A stretch of 64,000 nucleotides of DNA from Octopus sinensis (GCF_006345805.1 NC_043025.1:6138001-6202000), one strand, 5' to 3'. Shown: positions 13,010 through 26,245, counted from the first letter of the stretch. Notes: generated from the letters alone by a model not told the origin. Numbers and translations are program-made.

Positions 13010-16000
13010 ATAATAGGGTAGTGATTCATGTAAAAAATGGGACGATAATGGGGTATCGATTCATGAAAAAATGGGACAGTAATTCGTGCAGAAAGTGGGG
13101 ACATAATGGGGTAGCGATTCATGTAAAAAATGGGACGATAATCGGGTAGCAATTCATGAAAAAATGGGACAGTGATTCGTGTAGAAAGTGGGGCAATAAT
13201 GGGGTAGTAATTCGTGTAAAAAGTGGTGCAATAATGGGGGAGCAATTCGTGTAGAAAGTGGAGGGATAATGGGGTAGTAATTCATGTAAAAAGTGGGGCA
13301 ATAATGAGGTAACGATTCATGAAAAAATGGTGTGATAATGGGGCAGTGATTCGTGTAGAAAGTGGGGTAATAATGGGGTAGTGATTTGTGTAAAAAGTGG
13401 GGCAATAATGGGGTAGTGATTGTGTAAAAAGTGGAGCAATAATGGGGTAGTGATTCGTGTAAAAAGTGGGCAATAATGGGGTAGTGATCATGTAAAAAGT
13501 GGGGGCATAAAATGGGGTAGTGATTCGTGTAAAAAGTGGGGCAATAATGGGGTAGTAATTCGTGTAAAAAGTGGGCAATAATGGGGTAACGATTCATGTA
13601 AGAAGTGGGGTAATAATGGGGTAGTGATTTGTGTAAAAAGTGGGGCAATAATGGGGTAGTGATTTGTGTAAAAAGTGGGGCAATAATGGGGTTAGTGATT
13701 TGTGTAAAAAGTGGGGCAATAATGGGGTAGTGATTCGTGTAAAAAGTGGGGCAATAATGGGGTAGTAATTCGTGTAAAAAGTGGGGCAATAATGGGGTAT
13801 CGATTCATGTAAGAAGTGAGGTGATAATGGGGTAGTGATTTGTGTAAAAAGTGGGGCAATAATGGGGTAGTGATTCGTGTAAAAAGTGGGGCAATAATGG
13901 GGTAGTGATTTGTGTAAAAAGTGGGGCAATAATGGGGTAGTGATTCGTGTAAAAAGTGGAGCAATAATGGGGTAGTGATTCGTGTAAAAAGTGGGGCAAT
14001 AATGGGGTAGTGATTCATGTAAAAAGTGGGGCAATAATGGGGTAGTGATTTGTGTAAAAAGTGGGGCAATAATGGGGTAGTGATTTGTGTAAAAAGTGGG
14101 ACAATAATGGGGTAGTGATTTGTGTAAAAAGTGGGGCAATAATGGTGTAGTGATTCATGTAAAAAGTGGGGCAATAATTGGGTAGTGATTCATGTAAAAA
14201 GTGGGGCAATAATGGGGTAGTGATTCATGTAAAAAGTGGGGCAATAATTGGGTAGTGATTCATGTAAAAAGTGGGGCAATAATGGGGTAGTGATTTGTGT
14301 AAAAAGTGGGGCAATAATGGGGTAGTGATTTGTGTAAAAAGTGGAGCAATAATGGGGTAGTGATTTGTGTAAAAAGTGGAGCAATAATGGGGTAGTGATT
14401 CATGTAAAAAGTGGGGCAATAATTGGGTAGTGATTCATGTAAAAAGTGGGGCAATAATGGGGTAGTGATTCGTGTAAAAAGTGGGGCAATAATTGGGTAG
14501 TGATTCATGTAAAAAGTGGGGCAATAATGGGGTAGTGATTCGTGTAAAAAGTGGGGCAATAATTGGGTAGTGATTTGTGTAAAAAGTGGGGCAATAATGG
14601 GGTAGTGATTTATGTAAAAAGTGGAGCAATAATGGGGTAGTGATTCGTGTAAAAAGTGGAGCAATAATGGGGTAGTGATTCGTGTAAAAAGTGGGGCAAT
14701 AATTGGGTAGTGATTCATGTAAAAAGTGGGGCAATAATGGGGTAGTGATTCATGTAAAAAGTGGGGCAATAATGGGGTAGTGATTTGTGTAAAAAGTGGG
14801 GCAATAATTGGGTAGTGATTCATGTAAAAAGTGGGGCAATAATGGGGTAGTGATTCATGTAAAAAGTGGGGCAATAATTGGGTAGTGATTCATGTAAAAA
14901 GTGGGGCAATAATGGGGTAGTGATTCATGTAAAAGTGGGGCAATAATTGGGTAGTGATTCGTGTAGAAAGTGGGGTAATAATGGGACAGTGATTCATGTA
15001 GAAAGTGGGGTAATAATGGGGTAGCGATTGATGTAAAAGTGGGGCAATAATGAGGTAGTGATTCATGTAAGAAGTGGGGTAATAATGGGGTAGTGATTTG
15101 TGTAAAAAGTGGGGCAATAATGGGGTAGTGATTGTGTAAAAAGTGGAGCAATAATGGGGTAGTGATTCGTGTAAAAAGTGGAGCAATAATGGGGTAGTGA
15201 TTCATGTAAAAAGTGGGGCAATAATGGGGTAGTGATTCGTGTAAAAAGTGGGGCAATAATGGGGTAGTAATTCGTGTAAAAAGTGGGGCAATAATGGGGT
15301 AACGATTCATGTAAGAAGTGAGGTGATAATGGGGTAGTGATTTGTGTAAAAAGTGGGGCAATAATGGGGTAGTGATTTGTGTAAAAAGTGGGGCAATAAT
15401 GGGGTAGTGATTTGTGTAAAAAGTGGGGCAATAATGGGGTAGTGATTCGTGTAAAAAGTGGGGCAATAATGGGGTAGTAATTCGTGTAAAAAGTGGGGCA
15501 ATAATGGGGTATCGATTCATGTAAGAAGTGAGGTGATAATGGGGTAGTGATTTGTGTAAAAAGTGGGGCAATAATGGGGTAGTGATTCGTGTAAAAAGTG
15601 GGGCAATAATGGGGTAGTGATTTGTGTAAAAAGTGGGGCAATAATGGGGTAGTGATTCGTGTAAAAAGTGGAGCAATAATGGGGTAGTGATTCGTGTAAA
15701 AAGTGGGGCAATAATGGGGTAGTGATTCAGTTTTTCATGTAAAAAGTGGGGCAATAATGGGGTAGTGATTTGTGTAAAAGTGGGGCAATAATGGGGTAGT
15801 GATTTGTGTAAAAAGTGTGGGCAATAATGGGGTAGTGATTTGTGTAAAAAGTGGGGCAATAATGGTGTAGTGATTCATGTAAAAAGTGGGGCAATAATTG
15901 GGTAGTGATTCATGTAAAAGTGGGGCAATAATGGGGTAGTGATTCATGTAAAAAGTGGGGGCAATATGGGTAGGGTGTGATTCATGTAAAAAGTGGGGCA

Positions 16001-16890
16001 ATAATGGGGTAGTGATTTGTGTAAAAAGTGGGGCAATAATGGGGTAGTGATTGTGTGTAAAAAGTGGAGCAATAATGGGGTAGTGATTTGTGTAAAAAGT
16101 GGAGCAATAATGGGGTAGTGATTCATGTAAAAAGTGGGGCAATAATGGGGTAGTGATTCATGTAAAAAGTGGGGCAATAATGGGGTAGTGATTCGTGTAA
16201 AAAGGGGGCAATAATTGGGTAGTGATTCATGTAAAAAGTGGGGCAATAATGGGGTAGTGGTGGTAGTGATTCGTGTAAAAAGTGGGGCAATAATTGGGTA
16301 GTGATTTGTGTAAAAAGTGGGGCAATAATGGGGTAGTGATTTATGTAAAAAGTGGAGCAATAATGGGGTAGTGATTCGTGTAAAAAGTGGAGCAATAATG
16401 GGGTAGTGATCGTGTAAAAAGTGGGGCAATAATTGGGTAGTGATTCATGTAAAAAGTGGGGCAATAATGGGGTAGTGATTCATGTAAAAAGTGGGGCAAT
16501 AATGGGGTAGTGATTTGTGTAAAAAGTGGGGCAATAATTGGGTAGTGATTCATGTAAAAAGTGGGGGCAATAATGGGGTAGTGATTCATGTAAAAAGTGG
16601 GGCAATAATTGGGTAGTGATTCATGTAAAAAGTGGGGGCAATAATGGGGTAGTGATTCATGTAAAAAGTGGGGCAATAATTGGGTAGTGATTCGTGTAGA
16701 AAGTGGGGCAATAATGGGGTAGTGATTTGTGTAAAAAGTGGGACAATAATGGGGTAGTGATTCATGTAAAAAGTGGGGAAATAATGGGGTAGTGATTGTG
16801 TAAAAGTGGGGCAATAATGAGGTAGTGATTCATGTAAGAAGTGGGGTAATAATGGGGTAGCGATTTGTGTAGAAAATGGGGCAATAATTC
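13010..16890. repeat. 35-bp minisatellite, about 110 units (GGGGTAGTGATTCGTGTAAAAAGTGGGGCAATAAT)
   Basis: Directly visible periodicity; the 5' edge units are more diverged. Confidence 0.97.
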
Positions 16891-17769
16891 ATGTAAAAAC
16901 AACAAAGTAATGGGTTCATTAGGTCAAGTTTTATTTGTGAAATACAGTTGCTTTGAATTTGCTTCAGAAAGGGGTCTATGTTTGTGATGGTCAGTTGGGG
17001 TGGGGGCACTAGGAATGTGACCTGGGTATCAAGGAGGGCAGCCGTCCGAAAATGTCTAGGAACCACTGGTCTACATCATTGGATGCAGACAATATTGCAG
17101 GTGTTACATCAGAGTTTTTCTCCTCCAAGAGAGAGGGTTAACCTTTTACCGTTCATGTTTCTCCATCAAATGTTACGCTTTTTTATTCCCTCTGATAGGA
17201 ATTAATCATGCATTACTTTGTAGCGCTGAGATTTCAAAGACATACTCTTTACTCTTTTACTTGTTTCAGTCATTTGACTGTGGCCATGCTGGAGCACCGC
17301 CTTTAATCGAGCAAATCGACCCCGGGACTTATTCTTTGTAAGCCCAGACTTATTCTATCGGTCTCTTTTTGCCGAACCGCTAAGTAACAGGGACATAAAC
17401 ACAACAGCATCGGTTGTCAAGCAATGCTAGGGGGACAAACACAGACACACAAACACACACACATATATATATATATATATACATATATACAACGGGCTAC
17501 CAAATCCACTCACAAGGCTTTGGTTGGCCCGAGGCTATAGTAGAAGACACTTGCCCAAGGTGCCATGCAGTGGGACTGAACCCGGAACCATGTGGTTGGT
17601 AAACAAGCTACTTACCACACAGCTACTCCTGCGACATGATTGTTTATTTCTGTAATAATATTTTAGGATGACTGTGAGAGGTTAAATCTGGCCAGTTTGA
17701 AAATATAAGGGATAGAATATTTTTGGCCAGATATGACCGGTTTAAATGCTAAAGGGTTAAAAAGAGTCC

Positions 17770-18560
17770 AGAAGCTGGCTACCCGCATGGTTCTTGGTCT
17801 CAAGCATTTGTCTTATGAAGAAAGGCTGAAGACGCTCGACCTTTATTCTCTAGAAAAATGACGACGCCATGGTGATCTCATTCTTGCTCACAACATCATA
17901 AGCAGAAAGTGTAACCCCTCGGAAGAGCTGTTCTTCACTCCTGCTCCAGAGCGTCGGCTGCGGGGTCACTCCGAAAAGCTCTATCCGCGACGATTTCATC
18001 TCAATCGAAGGAGAGGGGCTTTCTCCGTCCGGGTTGCGGATCCGTGGAATAAGCTGCCAGACGAGATAGTGAAGATGCCGACGACCGCTCGGTTCAAAGT
18101 CTCTCTTGACCAGAAATGGCCTGAACTCCTTGCATGCACACCCTCCCTGTACATAACTCCATGATCTTGCTTTTTGCTTTTTGAGCCAAAAAATTAATTT
18201 AACTTAACTTAACATACATACATACATATATACATCATAAGCAGAAAGTGTAACCTCTCGAAAGAGCTGCTCTTCACTCCTGCTCCAGAGCGTCGGCTGC
18301 GGGGTTACTCCAAAAAGCTCTATCTGCGACGATTTCATCTCAATCGAAGGAGAGGGGCTTTCTCCGTCCGGGTTGCGGATCCGTGGAATAAGCTGCCGGA
18401 CGAGATAGTGAAGATGCCGACGACCGCTCGGTTCAAAGTCTCTCTTGACCAGAAATAGCCTGAACTCTTTGCATGAACACCCTCCCTGTACATAACTCCA
18501 TGTCCCCCTAGATGGCCTTGCTTTTTGCTTTTTGAGCCAAAAAATTAACTTAACTTAAAT
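17770..18560 (+). mobile_element. Tandem pair of CR1-type LINE 3' ends
   Basis: Translates ATRMVLGLKHLSYEERLKTLDLYSLEK*RR.GDLI...RGHSEKL...WNKLPDE; internal stop; (TTAAC)n tails. Confidence 0.88.
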
Positions 18561-19653
18561 GAAGACTAGGGATGTCCTTACTCCTGTCTGTTGGATGGCT
18601 GTTGATGCTACTGACTTCATCTGCCCTTCAACAGGCTTTGTTCTTCACCCTGTAAATCATTCTTACTGCTATTAATTAATAACCTGGTACAACCTGCTGC
18701 ATGGTCAAGCTGTTGGCGTCTAAACCAGCAACCTTACTAAGACTCTAAGCCTGTCAGATAAGGAGAGAGAGAGAGACAGACAGACAGATTGAGAGTGTGT
18801 GTGTGTCTGTGTGTTCTTTTAATCTTTTACACGTATCAGTCATTTGACTGCGACCATGCTGGAGCACCGCCTTTAGTCAAGCAAATGAACCCCAGGATTT
18901 ATTCTTTGTAAGCCTAGTACTTATTCTATCAGTCTCTTTTGCCAAACCACTAAGTTACGAGGACAAAAAAACAACACCATTGGTTGTCAAGCAATGGTGG
19001 GGAGACAAACACGGACACAAAAACACACATGCGTAAATATATATGAGTCTTCTTTCAGTTTTTGCTGACCAAAATTTACTCACAAGGCCTTGGTTGACCC
19101 AAAGCTACAGTAGAAGGTGCCACACAGTGGGACTGAACCCGAATCCATGTGATTCAGAAGCCGAATCCATGTGATTCGGAAGCACACAGCCACGCCCATA
19201 CCTGTATGTATGTATGTGTGTATATCATCATCATCATCATCATCATCGTTTAGCGTCCGTTTTCCATGCTAGCATGGGTTGGACGGTTCAACTGGGGTCT
19301 GTGAAGCCAGAAGGCTTCATCAGGCCCAGTCAGATCTGGCAGTGTTTCTACGGCTGGATGCCCTTCCTAACGCCAACCACTCCGTGAGTGTAGTGGGTGC
19401 TTTTTACGTGCCACCCGCACAGGTGCCAGACAGAGCTGGCAAACGGCCACGAACGGATGGTGCTTTTTATGTGCCACCGGCACGGGGGCCAGGCGAGGCT
19501 GGCAACGGACACAAACGGATAGTGCTTTTTACGAGCCACCGGCACGAGGCCAGTCAGGGCGGCGCTGGCAACAGTCGCGAAACGGAAGGTTCTCTTACAT
19601 GCCACCGGCACTGGTAACACATCTACAATTTCCATTGATCGATTTCGATTCTG

Positions 19654-19704
<51 letters not shown>

Positions 19705-20023
19705 TTGGTAAAAATGGTAAGATAACAAAAGAAAGAAAGAGACCTCAATATTATGTAAATAGAGGAAATTTATCTGCAAAATAATATGTGACAATTACTC
19801 AATAGTCAAGATAAAACACACCACCATCGGTTGTCAAGTGATGTTGGGGGGACAAACACAGACACACACATATATATATATACATATATACAACTTGCCC
19901 AAGGTGTCACGCAGTGGGAGTGAACCCAGATAACCAAAGAGATGGTGTTGTGGATTTCCACTTCGGCATCTGAAACTCAGAGTTTTATCTTGACTATTGA
20001 GTAATTGTAACATATTATTTTAT

Positions 20024-20065
<42 letters not shown>

Positions 20066-20066
<1 letters not shown>

Positions 20067-20614
20067 TTTATTTAAAGCAGCAGAAAATTCAACAAAACCT
20101 GTTACTCTGAGTTTCCCGTTTTTGCTAGCAAAAACTGTCCGATGAACGGCAACGGGAAACTCAGAGTAACAGGTTTTGTTGAATTTTCTGCTGCTTTAAA
20201 TAAAGCATATTACTCTACCACTGGTATTTGAGTACTCTTTTTTCCACCTTGTTTCACATTTATGTGTTTACTCCGGTATATATATATATTTTGTTGTATT
20301 TTGGAATGGTCATTTTGTCAGTTTAGCCAATAAAAACACACGCACTATATATTTGGTGTTATTTTGCTTCTGTGTTATTTATTTTTTACATTAATCTTAA
20401 TCTTATTTCGGCCAGAGTTCTTTCATCACACTCCTGTGACCGCATCAGTGGTCCTTTGTTTTCTTCTTTCTTATTTGTGTGTCTCTCCTTACTAACCGTC
20501 AGCCATTATGTATTTCTATTGTATGTGTGTTTTTATTGGCTAAACTGGCAAAATAACCATTCCGAAATACAACAATATCTGTTTCAACACATGACTTCAC
20601 ATAAAAAATCTTGC

Positions 20615-20650
<36 letters not shown>

Positions 20651-21062
20651 CTGGAGTAAACACATAAATGTGAAACAGGGTGGAAAAAAGAGTACTCAAA
20701 TACCAGTGGTAGAGTAATATGCTTTATTTAAAGCAGCAGAAAATTCAACAAAACCTGTTACTCTGAATTTCCGGACTCCGTTCAGCGGACAGTTTTTGCT
20801 AGAATGGAACCGATATGTGAATTCTATTCAGACTATTGCAAATGCTACACCTTTAAAAAAATGGACTTGTTTGATTGGCCCTTTAGAAATAACGGCTAAA
20901 GGGCCAATCAAACAAGTCCATTTTTTTAAAGGTGTAAGCATTTGCAATAGTTTGAATAGAATTCACATATCGGTTCCATTCTAGCAAAAACTGTCCGACA
21001 AACGGCAATGGGAAACTCAGAGTAACAGGTTTTGTTGAATTTTCTGCGGCTTTAAATAAAGT
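20066..21062. mobile_element. Nested foldback (palindromic) elements, probably Penelope-derived
   Basis: Hairpin 20066-20205 (about 55-bp arms). Hairpin of about 340 bp at 20723-21062 centred near 20890. Segments 20150-20280 and 20650-20780 are also inverted. Flanked by (TA)n. Confidence 0.8.
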
Positions 21063-21941
21063 ATATATACATATATATATATATATATATTTATTACACG
21101 GAAAAATGTGAGCAAGAGAAATAATATTCCTAAGATTATAAATCTGGAAAATAACAGGACAAGTTATTACACTTGGAAAAGGTTAGGACAAGTTATTACA
21201 TCTGGTCAAGTACAGAACAAGAGAATTGTTACTTAAAATATTGCAGCTAAGGATAAACTTTCTAATAAAATATTTAGATTTTGAAAATATTAGCTTTTAT
21301 TAAAACTACAAATTTTATTACAAGGCTGTGTGGTAAGTAGCTTGCTTACCAACCACATGGTTCCGGGTTCAGTCCCACTGCGTGGCACCTTGGGCAAGTG
21401 TCTTCTGCTATAGCCTCAGGCCGACCAAAGCCTTGTGAGTGGATTTGGTAGACGGAAACTGAAAGAAGCCCGTCGTATATATGTATATACATAGGCGCAG
21501 GAGTGGCTGTGTGGTAAGTAGCTTGCTTGCCAACCACATGGTTCCGTGTTCAGTCCCACTGCATGGCACCTTGGGCAAGTGTCTTCTACTATAGCCTCGG
21601 GCCGACCAAAGCCTTGTGAGTGGATTTGGTAGACGGAAACTGAAAGAAGATCATCGTATATGTGTGTGTATACGTTTGTGTCTGTGTTTGGCCCAACATC
21701 GCTTGACAAACAATGTTGGTGTTTACGTCTCTGTAACTTAGCAGTTCAGCAAAAATAGAGACCGATAGAATAAGTATTGAGATTACAAAGAATAAGTCCC
21801 GGGGTTGAGTTGCTCGACTAAAGGCGGTGCTCCAGCATGGCCACAGTCAAATGACTGAAGCAAGTAAAAGAGCAAAAGATTAAATATTTTTGCAAAACTG
21901 TCGTAGTAGATTTGGTAGACGGAAACTGAAAGAAGCCGTCG

Positions 21942-21972
<31 letters not shown>

Positions 21973-22699
21973 GTGAGTGTGTGTGTGTGTCTGTGTTTGT
22001 CCCCCCAACATCGCTTGACAACTGATGGTGGTGTGTTTACGTCCCTGTAACTTAGCGGTTTGGCAAAAAGAGACCGATAGATTAAGTACTAGGCTTACAA
22101 AGAATAAGTCCTGGGGTCAATTTGTTCGACTAAAGACAGTGCTCCAGCATGGCCACAGTCACATGACTGAAACAAGTAAAAGAGTAAAAGAAAAAGAGTA
22201 TTCTATTTGTTACAAGATTATTTTTGGTCACTTTAAAAAAATTCATTTTTTAAAGTTTCAAATCATTTCCTAAACTGGGCGGTGCATTGAGTTCTTGAGC
22301 AAAACACTTCACTCCACATTCCTGTGTGATTGCTTCAACACACGCTACACGGCACACAGTGCACCTGTTCGGGCAAAGTCGATTAGATGGATGGAGCAAG
22401 CTAATGAACGGCACATACTTTGGATCATTTTGTGGAGATTATTCCGGAAAAGCTGAATGCTCACACATCATCGTCAACGGAGTCCATCATATATACTCTT
22501 TTATTCTTTAATTTGTTTCAGTCATTTGACTGCAGCCATGCTGGAGCACTGCCTTTAATCGAACAAATCAACCCCTTTGTAAGCCTAGTACTTATTCTAT
22601 TGGTCTCTTTTGCTGAACCACTAAGTTACGGGGACGTAAACACACCAGCATCGGTTGTCAAGTGATGTTGTGGGGACAAACACAGACACACAAACATAT

Positions 22700-22746
<47 letters not shown>

Positions 22747-23466
22747 TATACAACGAGCTTCATTCAGTTTCCGTCTACCAAATCCACTCACAAGGCTTTA
22801 GTCAACCCGAAGCTATAGTAGAAGACACTTGCCCAAGGTGTCACGCAGTGGGAGTGAACCCGGAACCATGTGGTTGGTAAGCAAGCTACTTACCACACAG
22901 CCACTCCTGTGCCTTAATTAGCATTGATTCAGTCATTTGACTGCAGCCATGCTGGAGCCCTGCCTTTAATCGAACGAATCAACACCAGGACTTATTCTTT
23001 GTAAGCCTAGTACTTATTCTATCAGTCACTTTTGCTGAACCACTAGGTTACAGAGATGTAAATACACCAGCATTGGTTGTCAAGTGATGTTGTGGGGACA
23101 AACACAGACACACAAACATACACACACACACATACATACATATATATATACGATGGGCTTCTTTCAGTTTCCGTCTACCAAATCCACTCACAAGGCTTTG
23201 GTCGACCCGAAGCTTTAGCAGAAGACACTTGCCCAAGGTGTCACGCAGTAGGAGTGAACCCAGAACCATGTGGTTGGTAAGCAAGCTACTTCCCACACAG
23301 AAAGGTGTGGCTATGTGGTAAGAAGCTTGCTTACCAACTACATGGTTCCAGGTTCGGTCCTAATGCAAAGCACCTTGGGCAAATGTCTTCTGCTATGGCC
23401 TCAGGCTGACCAAAGCCTTTACAGTGAATTTGGTAGATGGAAACTGAAAGAAGCCCGTCGTGTGCG

Positions 23467-23506
<40 letters not shown>

Positions 23507-24009
23507 AAATAGATGAACATCAATGGAATTTGTATCTTTGTGGTACCAGTGCCGGTGGCACATAAGAAAACCATCCAAAAGTGGCCGTAGCCAGTACCGC
23601 ATCGACTGGCCTCCGTGCTGTGGGCACGTAACAAACACCATCCGATCGTGACCGTTCACCAGCCTCGTCTGGCACCTGTGTCGGTGGCACATAAAAAACA
23701 CCATCCAAGCGTGGCCGTCTGCCAGCCGCGTCTGGCACCTGTGTCAGTGGCACATAAAAAACACCATCCGAGCGTGGCCGTTCGCCAGCCTCGTCTGGCA
23801 CCTGTGTCGGTGGCACATAAAATCACCCACTACACTCTCGGAGTGGTTGGCGTTAGGAAGGGCATCCAGCTGTAGAAACACTGCCAGATCTGACTGGCCT
23901 GGTGCAGCCTTCGGGCTCCCCAGACCCCAGTTGAACCATCCAACCCATGCTAGCATGGAAAGCAGACGTTAAACGATGATGATGATGATGATATATATAT
24001 GTATATATA

Positions 24010-24235
24010 ATGGGAAGGTTTACGAAAATAAACAAAAGACGAAGGCAGGTTTACGAAAATGAACAAAAGACGAAGGCAGGTGGAGTACAAACAAACAATT
24101 GCATTAGTATGGCGCTCAGGAATAGAAATAAAACAAGTCTCTTACGTTTCGAGCCTACGCTCTTCGACAGAAAGATACACAGAAAAGAAACAAGGAGAGA
24201 AAAAAAAATTGTTTGTAGGGGCTAACGATCCAACA
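24010..24235 (-). mobile_element. Penelope-like remnant with variant hammerhead-like core (24138-24175)
   Basis: TCTTT-CTGTCGA-A-GAGC-GTAG-GCTC-GAAA-CGTA-AGAGA on the minus strand. Confidence 0.55.
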
Positions 24236-24239
24236 TATA

Positions 24240-25504
24240 TACGTGGTCTGATCAATAAGTATCTGGACTGTTGCCATAGTAACAAAGCCAAAGCATGCAG
24301 AGAGAAGCCCCTAGGCATAGATTGACCTAGAACTCTGCTGTGCATGCGCACTAAGTTTTAACATTCTAGCTCACTCCCACTGTTTACGGCAGTGCTTGGA
24401 AGGAAGGTGTGTAGCGTGTGATCGTTGCATTGACCATGATAGAGAAAGTTGAACAGAGAATCTGCATCAAATTTTGCCAAAAGCCTGATGATACCTGCTC
24501 AAAGGTCTATGAAAAGCTTTCAAAAACTTTTCATCGTTCTTGATGTTGTGCAACTGAAACCCAAGTATCTTTTTGGTCAGCTAAAAGCAATTTTGGCACA
24601 AACTTGGCAGCACATCTCTCATTCCCACATCTTCAGTGATACTGGACTGAATTGAACCATAAATAATTTGCATATCTTCTGATAACTCATGGATTGTCAG
24701 TCGACAATTTCCCCCTCATAGCTGCATGTACATCTGCTATGCTTGTCTCAGTTCTGCTGGTTGTGAGTCTCCCAGAATGTTCATCAATATTGACATTTTT
24801 TCAGTCATCTTGGAAACAGGCGCAGGAGTGGCTGTGTGGTAAGTAGCTTGCTTACCAACCACATGGTTCCGGGTTCAGTCCCACTGCGTGGCACCTTGGG
24901 CAAGTGTCTTCCACTATAGCCTCGGGCCAACCAAGGCCTTGTGAGTGGATTTGGTAGATGGAAACTGAAAGAAGCCCGTCGTATATATGTATATATGCGT
25001 GTGTGTGCTTGTCCCCCTAGCATTGCTTGACAACCGATGCTGGTGTGTTTATGTCCCCGTTACTTAGCGGTTCGGCAAAAGAGACCGATAGAATAAGTAC
25101 TGGGCTTACAAAGAATAAGTCCCGGGGTCGAGTTGCTCGATTAAAGGTGGTGCTCCAGCATGGCAGCAGTCAAATGACTGAAACAAGTAAAAGTAAAAGT
25201 ATCTGAACCACACGTACACTTGTGTGCAGCTCATACACTCCTCTCCATACTTTTTTCTGCAACTTTGTGCATGCCTCTGAGCGGGTAATGCCATGACAAC
25301 TTTGTTATGGTCAACGCGACAATCACATGCTACACACCTTCCTTCCAAGCACTGCTGTAAGCAGCGAGAGTGATCCAGAATGTCAAAACTTAGTGCACAT
25401 GCACAGCAGAGTCCAAGGTCAATCTGTGCCTGGCAGTTTCAATCTCCATGCTTTAGTCTCGTCACTATGGCAACAGTTCAGATACTTACTGAGCAGACCT
25501 GGTA
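24240..25504. mobile_element. Non-autonomous mariner derivative bounded by two inverted 5' ends and interrupted by a family B SINE
   Basis: Inverted termini TACGTGGTCTGATCAATAAGTATC / TACCAGGTCTGCTCAGTAAGTATC. Plus strand from 24436 reads MIEKVEQRICIKFCQK (mariner N-terminus). Minus strand 24530-24800 reads degenerate SGR.TTSRTE..IADV...RLTIHELSED. Confidence 0.78.
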
Positions 25505-25659
25505 TGTATGTATATATATATATCTATGTGTGTATTTCTGTGTCTATGTATGCCTCCCCCATCACTGCTTGACAACCAGTATTGCTGTCTTTAAAAAAGA
25601 CTGATAGAATAGTTATTAGGCTTAAAAAATAAGAAAAAGTAAGCCTAGGGTGAATATTT

Positions 25660-26245
25660 GTTTCTTTATTACCCACAAGGGGCTAAACATAGAGGGGACA
25701 AACAAGGACAGACAAACGGATTAAGTCGATTACATCGACCCCAGCGCGTAACTGGTACTTAATTTATCGACCCCAAAAGGATGAAAGGCAAAGTCGACCT
25801 CAGCGGAATTTGAACTCAGAACGTAGCGGCAGACGAAATACCTATTTCTTTACTACCTACAAGGGGCTAAACACAGAGGGGACAAACAAGGACATACAAA
25901 CGGATTAAGTCGATTACATCGATCCCAGTGCATAACTGGTACTTAATTTATCGACCCCGAAAGGATGAAAGGCAAAGTCGACCTCAGCGGAATTTGAACT
26001 CAGAACGTAGCGGCAGACGAAATACCTATTTCTTTACTACCTACAAGGGGCTAAACACAGAGGGGACAAACGGATTAAGTCGATTTCATCGACCCCAGTG
26101 CGTAACTGGTACTTAATTTATCGACCCCGAAAGGATGAAAGGCAAAGTTGACCTCAGCGGAATTTGAACTCAGAATGTAGCGATGGGCGAAATACCACGA
26201 AGCACTTCGCCCGGCATGCTAACATTTCTGCCAGCTCGCCACCTT
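25660..26245 (-). mobile_element. Head-to-tail trimer of SINE family C
   Basis: Three units joined at tail GAAATA|GGTATTTCGTCTG. Confidence 0.85.

Noticed and set aside
13119-16814. PHFLHESL-repeat ORFs
   Set aside because: Products of a 35-bp unit that is not a multiple of three; frames shift constantly.
21493-21570. tRNA gene candidates at SINE heads (families B, C and D)
   Set aside because: A and B boxes are present, but there is no closable acceptor stem and each continues into a SINE body.
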